A stretch of 28,944 nucleotides of DNA from a virus. Its lineage: Duplodnaviria; Heunggongvirae; Uroviricota; Caudoviricetes. The notes under the pieces were generated by a model. The model was given only the letters and a program-made list of their open reading frames with translations, was not told the origin of the DNA and ran no database searches. Positions 25,999-28,944 of this stretch are shown in pieces (the first letter of the stretch is position 1; every line of letters starts with the position of its first letter). The stretch is from the IMG/VR virus record IMGVR_UViG_3300045988_129873, positions 1 through 28,944 of that record. One strand, 5' to 3'. Both the position numbers and the translations under genes were made by a program.

Positions 25999-27189
25999 AT
26001 GAGTGACTATCATCATGGCGTGCAGGTGCTGGAGATTAACGACGGCACCCGCGTCATTTCCACCGTATCCACTGCCATTGTCGGCATGGTCTGCACGGCC
26101 AGCGATGCGGATGCGGAAACCTTCCCCCTCAATAAACCTGTGCTGATTACCAATGCCCAGAGCGCAATTGCAAAGGCCGGTAAAAAAGGCACGCTGGCGG
26201 CATCGTTGCAGGCCATCGCTGACCAGTCAAAACCGGTCACCGTTGTCGTGCGCGTGGAAGACGGCACCGGTGATGACGAGGAAACGAAACTCGCGCAGAC
26301 CGTTTCCAATATCATCGGCACCACCGACGAAAACGGTCAGTACACCGGACTAAAAGCCCTGCTGGCGGCGGAGTCGGTAACCGGTGTTAAACCGCGTATT
26401 CTCGGTGTGCCGGGACTGGATACCAAAGAGGTGGCTGTTGCACTGGCATCCGTCTGTCAGAAGCTGCGCGCTTTCGGATATATCAGCGCATGGGGCTGTA
26501 AGACCATTTCCGAGGTGAAAGCCTACCGCCAGAATTTCAGCCAGCGTGAGCTGATGGTCATCTGGCCGGATTTCCTCGCATGGGATACGGTCACCAGTAC
26601 CACCGCCACCGCGTATGTCACCGCCCGTGCGCTGGGTCTGCGCGCTAAAATCGACCAGGAGCAGGGCTGGCATAAAACGCTGTCCAACGTCGGGGTAAAC
26701 GGTGTTACCGGCATCAGCGCGTCCGTATTCTGGGATTTGCAGGAGTCCGGCACCGATGCTGACCTGCTTAACGAGTCAGGCGTCACAACGCTGATTCGCC
26801 GTGACGGTTTCCGCTTCTGGGGTAACCGTACCTGCTCTGATGACCCGCTGTTCCTCTTTGAAAACTACACCCGCACCGCGCAGGTGCTGGCCGACACGAT
26901 GGCTGAGGCGCACATGTGGGCGGTGGACAAGCCCATCACCGCAACGCTGATTCGCGACATCGTTGACGGCATCAATGCCAAATTCCGAGAGCTGAAAACA
27001 AACGGCTATATCGTGGATGCGACCTGCTGGTTCAGCGAAGAATCCAACGATGCGGAAACCCTCAAGGCCGGAAAACTGTATATCGACTACGACTATACCC
27101 CGGTGCCTCCTCTCGAAAACCTGACCCTGCGCCAGCGTATTACCGATAAATACCTGGCAAATCTGGTCACCTCGGTTAACAGCAATTAA
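25999..27189 (+). CDS. FI: Tail sheath protein FI (396 aa)
   Basis: 396 aa, same as P2 FI. Followed by FII-E-T. Confidence 0.92.
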   Translation: MSDYHHGVQVLEINDGTRVISTVSTAIVGMVCTASDADAETFPLNKPVLITNAQSAIAKAGKKGTLAASLQAIADQSKPVTVVVRVEDGTGDDEETKLAQTVSNIIGTTDENGQYTGLKALLAAESVTGVKPRILGVPGLDTKEVAVALASVCQKLRAFGYISAWGCKTISEVKAYRQNFSQRELMVIWPDFLAWDTVTSTTATAYVTARALGLRAKIDQEQGWHKTLSNVGVNGVTGISASVFWDLQESGTDADLLNESGVTTLIRRDGFRFWGNRTCSDDPLFLFENYTRTAQVLADTMAEAHMWAVDKPITATLIRDIVDGINAKFRELKTNGYIVDATCWFSEESNDAETLKAGKLYIDYDYTPVPPLENLTLRQRITDKYLANLVTSVNSN

Positions 27190-27201
27190 GGAGCCTGACC
27201 G

Positions 27202-27720
27202 ATGGCAATGCCGCGCAAACTCAAATACATGAATGTCTTTCTGAACGGCTACAGCTATCAGGGCGTTGCAACGTCCGTCACGCTGCCAAAACTGACCCGT
27301 AAGCTCGAAAATTATCGCGGTGCGGGGATGAACGGCAGCGCACCGGTAGACCTCGGCCTTGATGACGATGCGCTGTCAATGGAGTGGTCGCTCGGGGGTT
27401 TCCCGGATTCGGTTATCTGGGAGCTTTACGCTGCAACCAGTGCTGATGCCGTACCGATTCGTTTTGCTGGTTCTTACCAGCGCGACGATACCGGCGAAAC
27501 GGTGGCCGTCGAAGTGGTCATGCGTGGGCGTCAGAAAGAAGTCGACACCGGAGAGGGTAAACAGGGAGAGGATACCGAATCGAAACTCCCGGTGATTTGT
27601 ACTTATTTCCGGCTGACGATGGACGGTAAGGAGCTGGTCGAAATCGACACCATCAACATGATTGAGAAGGTGAACGGCGTCGACCGGCTGGAGCAACACC
27701 GCCGAAATATCGGCCTGTGA
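27202..27720 (+). CDS. FII: Tail tube protein FII (172 aa)
   Basis: 172 aa. P2 order. Confidence 0.92.
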   Translation: MAMPRKLKYMNVFLNGYSYQGVATSVTLPKLTRKLENYRGAGMNGSAPVDLGLDDDALSMEWSLGGFPDSVIWELYAATSADAVPIRFAGSYQRDDTGETVAVEVVMRGRQKEVDTGEGKQGEDTESKLPVICTYFRLTMDGKELVEIDTINMIEKVNGVDRLEQHRRNIGL

Positions 27721-27776
27721 TTTTCATACGGTCAGCCAGGCTGACCGGTTAACCCTGATTCAGAAGTGAGAAAACC

Positions 27777-28052
27777 ATGAACAAAGAAAATGTCATTACC
27801 CTGGAAAATCCGGTCAAACGTGGTGAGCAGGTTATCGAACAGGTCACGCTGATGAAACCCAATGCCGGGACGCTGCGCGGTGTCAGTCTGGCTGCGGTTG
27901 CAAACTCCGAAGTCGATGCACTGATTAAGGTGCTGCCGCGCATGACGGCACCGATGCTGACCGAGCAGGAAGTCGCCGCGCTGGAACTGCCTGACCTTGT
28001 GGCGCTGGCCGGTAAGGTGGTCGGTTTTTTGTCGCCGAACTCGGTGCAGTGA
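27777..28052 (+). CDS. E: Tail assembly chaperone E (91 aa)
   Basis: 91 aa. Ends ...VGFLSPNSVQ, just after the slippery heptamer. Confidence 0.88.
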   Translation: MNKENVITLENPVKRGEQVIEQVTLMKPNAGTLRGVSLAAVANSEVDALIKVLPRMTAPMLTEQEVAALELPDLVALAGKVVGFLSPNSVQ

Positions 28053-28204
28053 CGTTTCCGAAAAATCTGTCGGTCGATGACCTGATGGCGGATGTGGCAG
28101 TGATATTTCACTGGCCGCCATCAGAACTGTATCCCATGAGCCTGACCGAACTCATCACATGGCGCGAAAAGGCGCTCCGGCGAAGCGGAAACACGAATGA
28201 GTAA
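27777..28204 (+). CDS. E': E+E' fusion produced by programmed -1 ribosomal frameshift at 28025..28031
   Basis: Heptamer T-TTT-TTG in the E frame. Manual translation of the -1 frame from 28031 gives VAELGAVTFPKNLSVDDLMADVAVIFHWPPSELYPMSLTELITWREKALRRSGNTNE, stop at 28202..28204, overlapping the T start. Confidence 0.8.
28025..28031 (+). promoter_or_regulatory. -1 frameshift slippery heptamer TTTTTTG
   Basis: X-XXY-YYZ pattern confirmed in the E reading frame (codons TTT 28026..28028, TTG 28029..28031). Confidence 0.8.
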
Positions 28205-28944
28205 CAATGTAAAATTACAGGTATTGCTCAGGGCTGTTGACCAGGCATCCCGCCCGTTTAAATCCATCCGTACAGCGAGCAAGTCGCTGTCGGGGGATAT
28301 CCGGGACACACAAAAATCACTGCGCGAGCTGAACGGTCACGCATCCCGTATTGAGGGATTTCGCAAGACCAGCGCACAGCTTGCCGTGACTGGTCATGCA
28401 CTTGAGAAGGCACGGCTGGAAGCCGAAGCCCTTGCCACACAGTTTAAAAATACCGAACGTCCGACCCGTGCTCAGGCGAAAGTGCTGGAATCCGCAAAGC
28501 GAGCGGCGGAGGACTTACAGGCGAAATATAACCGCCTGACGGATTCCGTTAAACGCCAGCAGCGGGAACTGGCTGCTGTGGGAATTAATACCCGCAATCT
28601 TGCACATGATGAGCAGGGGCTGAAAAACCGTATCAGTGAAACCACCGCGCAGCTTAACCGGCAGCGTGACGCGCTGGCGCGTGTCAGTGCGCAACAGGCA
28701 AAACTTAACGCAGTCAAACAGCGTTATCAGGCCGGAAAGGAACTGGCCGGAAATATGGCCTCAGTGGGCGCTGCCGGTGTGGGGATTGCTGCTGCGGGAA
28801 CGATGGCCGGAGTTAAGTTGCTGATGCCCGGTTATGAGTTTGCGCAGAAAAACTCAGAATTGCAGGCTGTGCTCGGTGTGGCAAAAGACTCCGCCGAAAT
28901 GGCTGCACTACGCAAGCAGGCGCGCCAGCTCGGCGACAATACCG
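28197..28944 (+). CDS. T: Tail tape measure protein T, 5' part only (runs off the window end)
   Basis: ATG at 28197 (MSNNVKLQVLLRAVDQ...). Alpha-helical, Ala/Gln/Arg-rich sequence. No stop before 28944. Confidence 0.88.
   Translation, partial: MSNNVKLQVLLRAVDQASRPFKSIRTASKSLSGDIRDTQKSLRELNGHASRIEGFRKTSAQLAVTGHALEKARLEAEALATQFKNTERPTRAQAKVLESAKRAAEDLQAKYNRLTDSVKRQQRELAAVGINTRNLAHDEQGLKNRISETTAQLNRQRDALARVSAQQAKLNAVKQRYQAGKELAGNMASVGAAGVGIAAAGTMAGVKLLMPGYEFAQKNSELQAVLGVAKDSAEMAALRKQARQLGDNT

Larger units (their letters stand above)
280..28944. mobile_element. P2-like prophage (Peduovirus-type), int-side junction through partial gene T; continues beyond the window on the right
   Basis: Collinear P2 gene order and protein lengths from int to T, an att core-like sequence at 280..306, and a cos sequence at 7135..7153. 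Sequence left of about 280 is presumed host flank. Confidence 0.9.

Noticed and set aside
27732-28440. Minus-strand ORFs opposite E and T (27732..28121, 27749..28111, 28121..28309, 28258..28440)
   Set aside because: They are antisense to conserved tail genes and have low-complexity translations. They are antisense-frame artefacts.
1-28944. CRISPR arrays, rRNA, transposase or IS elements
   Set aside because: No short regularly spaced repeats, no rRNA-like sequence, and no terminal inverted repeats flanking a transposase-like ORF were seen.

Overview
The window is almost entirely a P2-type temperate myovirus prophage (Peduovirus-like), read from its integrase-proximal attachment core (about 280..306) through the tape-measure gene T, which is cut off at the window end. 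Gene order and protein sizes match the P2 map, recognised from memory of the P2 proteins without any database search: int, C, cox, orf78, B, orf80-83, A, cos, then Q P O N M L X Y K lysA lysB lysC R S V W J I H G, then FI FII E/E' T. The backbone is roughly 55% GC in sampled stretches. Two strongly AT-rich islands (about 25-35% GC in sampled 60-nt stretches) sit at the classic P2 variable positions. One, between cos and portal gene Q, carries a 378-aa ParA/MinD-like deviant-Walker-A ATPase with an uncharacterised C-terminal half (7298..8434). The other, at the Z/fun position between G and FI, carries a 720-aa ABC/SMC-type ATPase with a CxxC hook-like motif inside a coiled-coil region and an HEPN-like R-x6-H tail (23183..25345). 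Both are stand-alone cargo genes and are the best candidates for an undescribed or poorly described anti-phage system. A third small module lies between gene A and cos: a 37-aa hydrophobic peptide ORF with a strong SD and a terminator, bracketed by 15-bp direct repeats. Other points are the E/E' -1 frameshift site, a 132-bp tandem repeat array in tail fibre gene H, the cos site and candidate operator repeats. Nothing here was checked by search or computation beyond reading the sequence and the ORF track.
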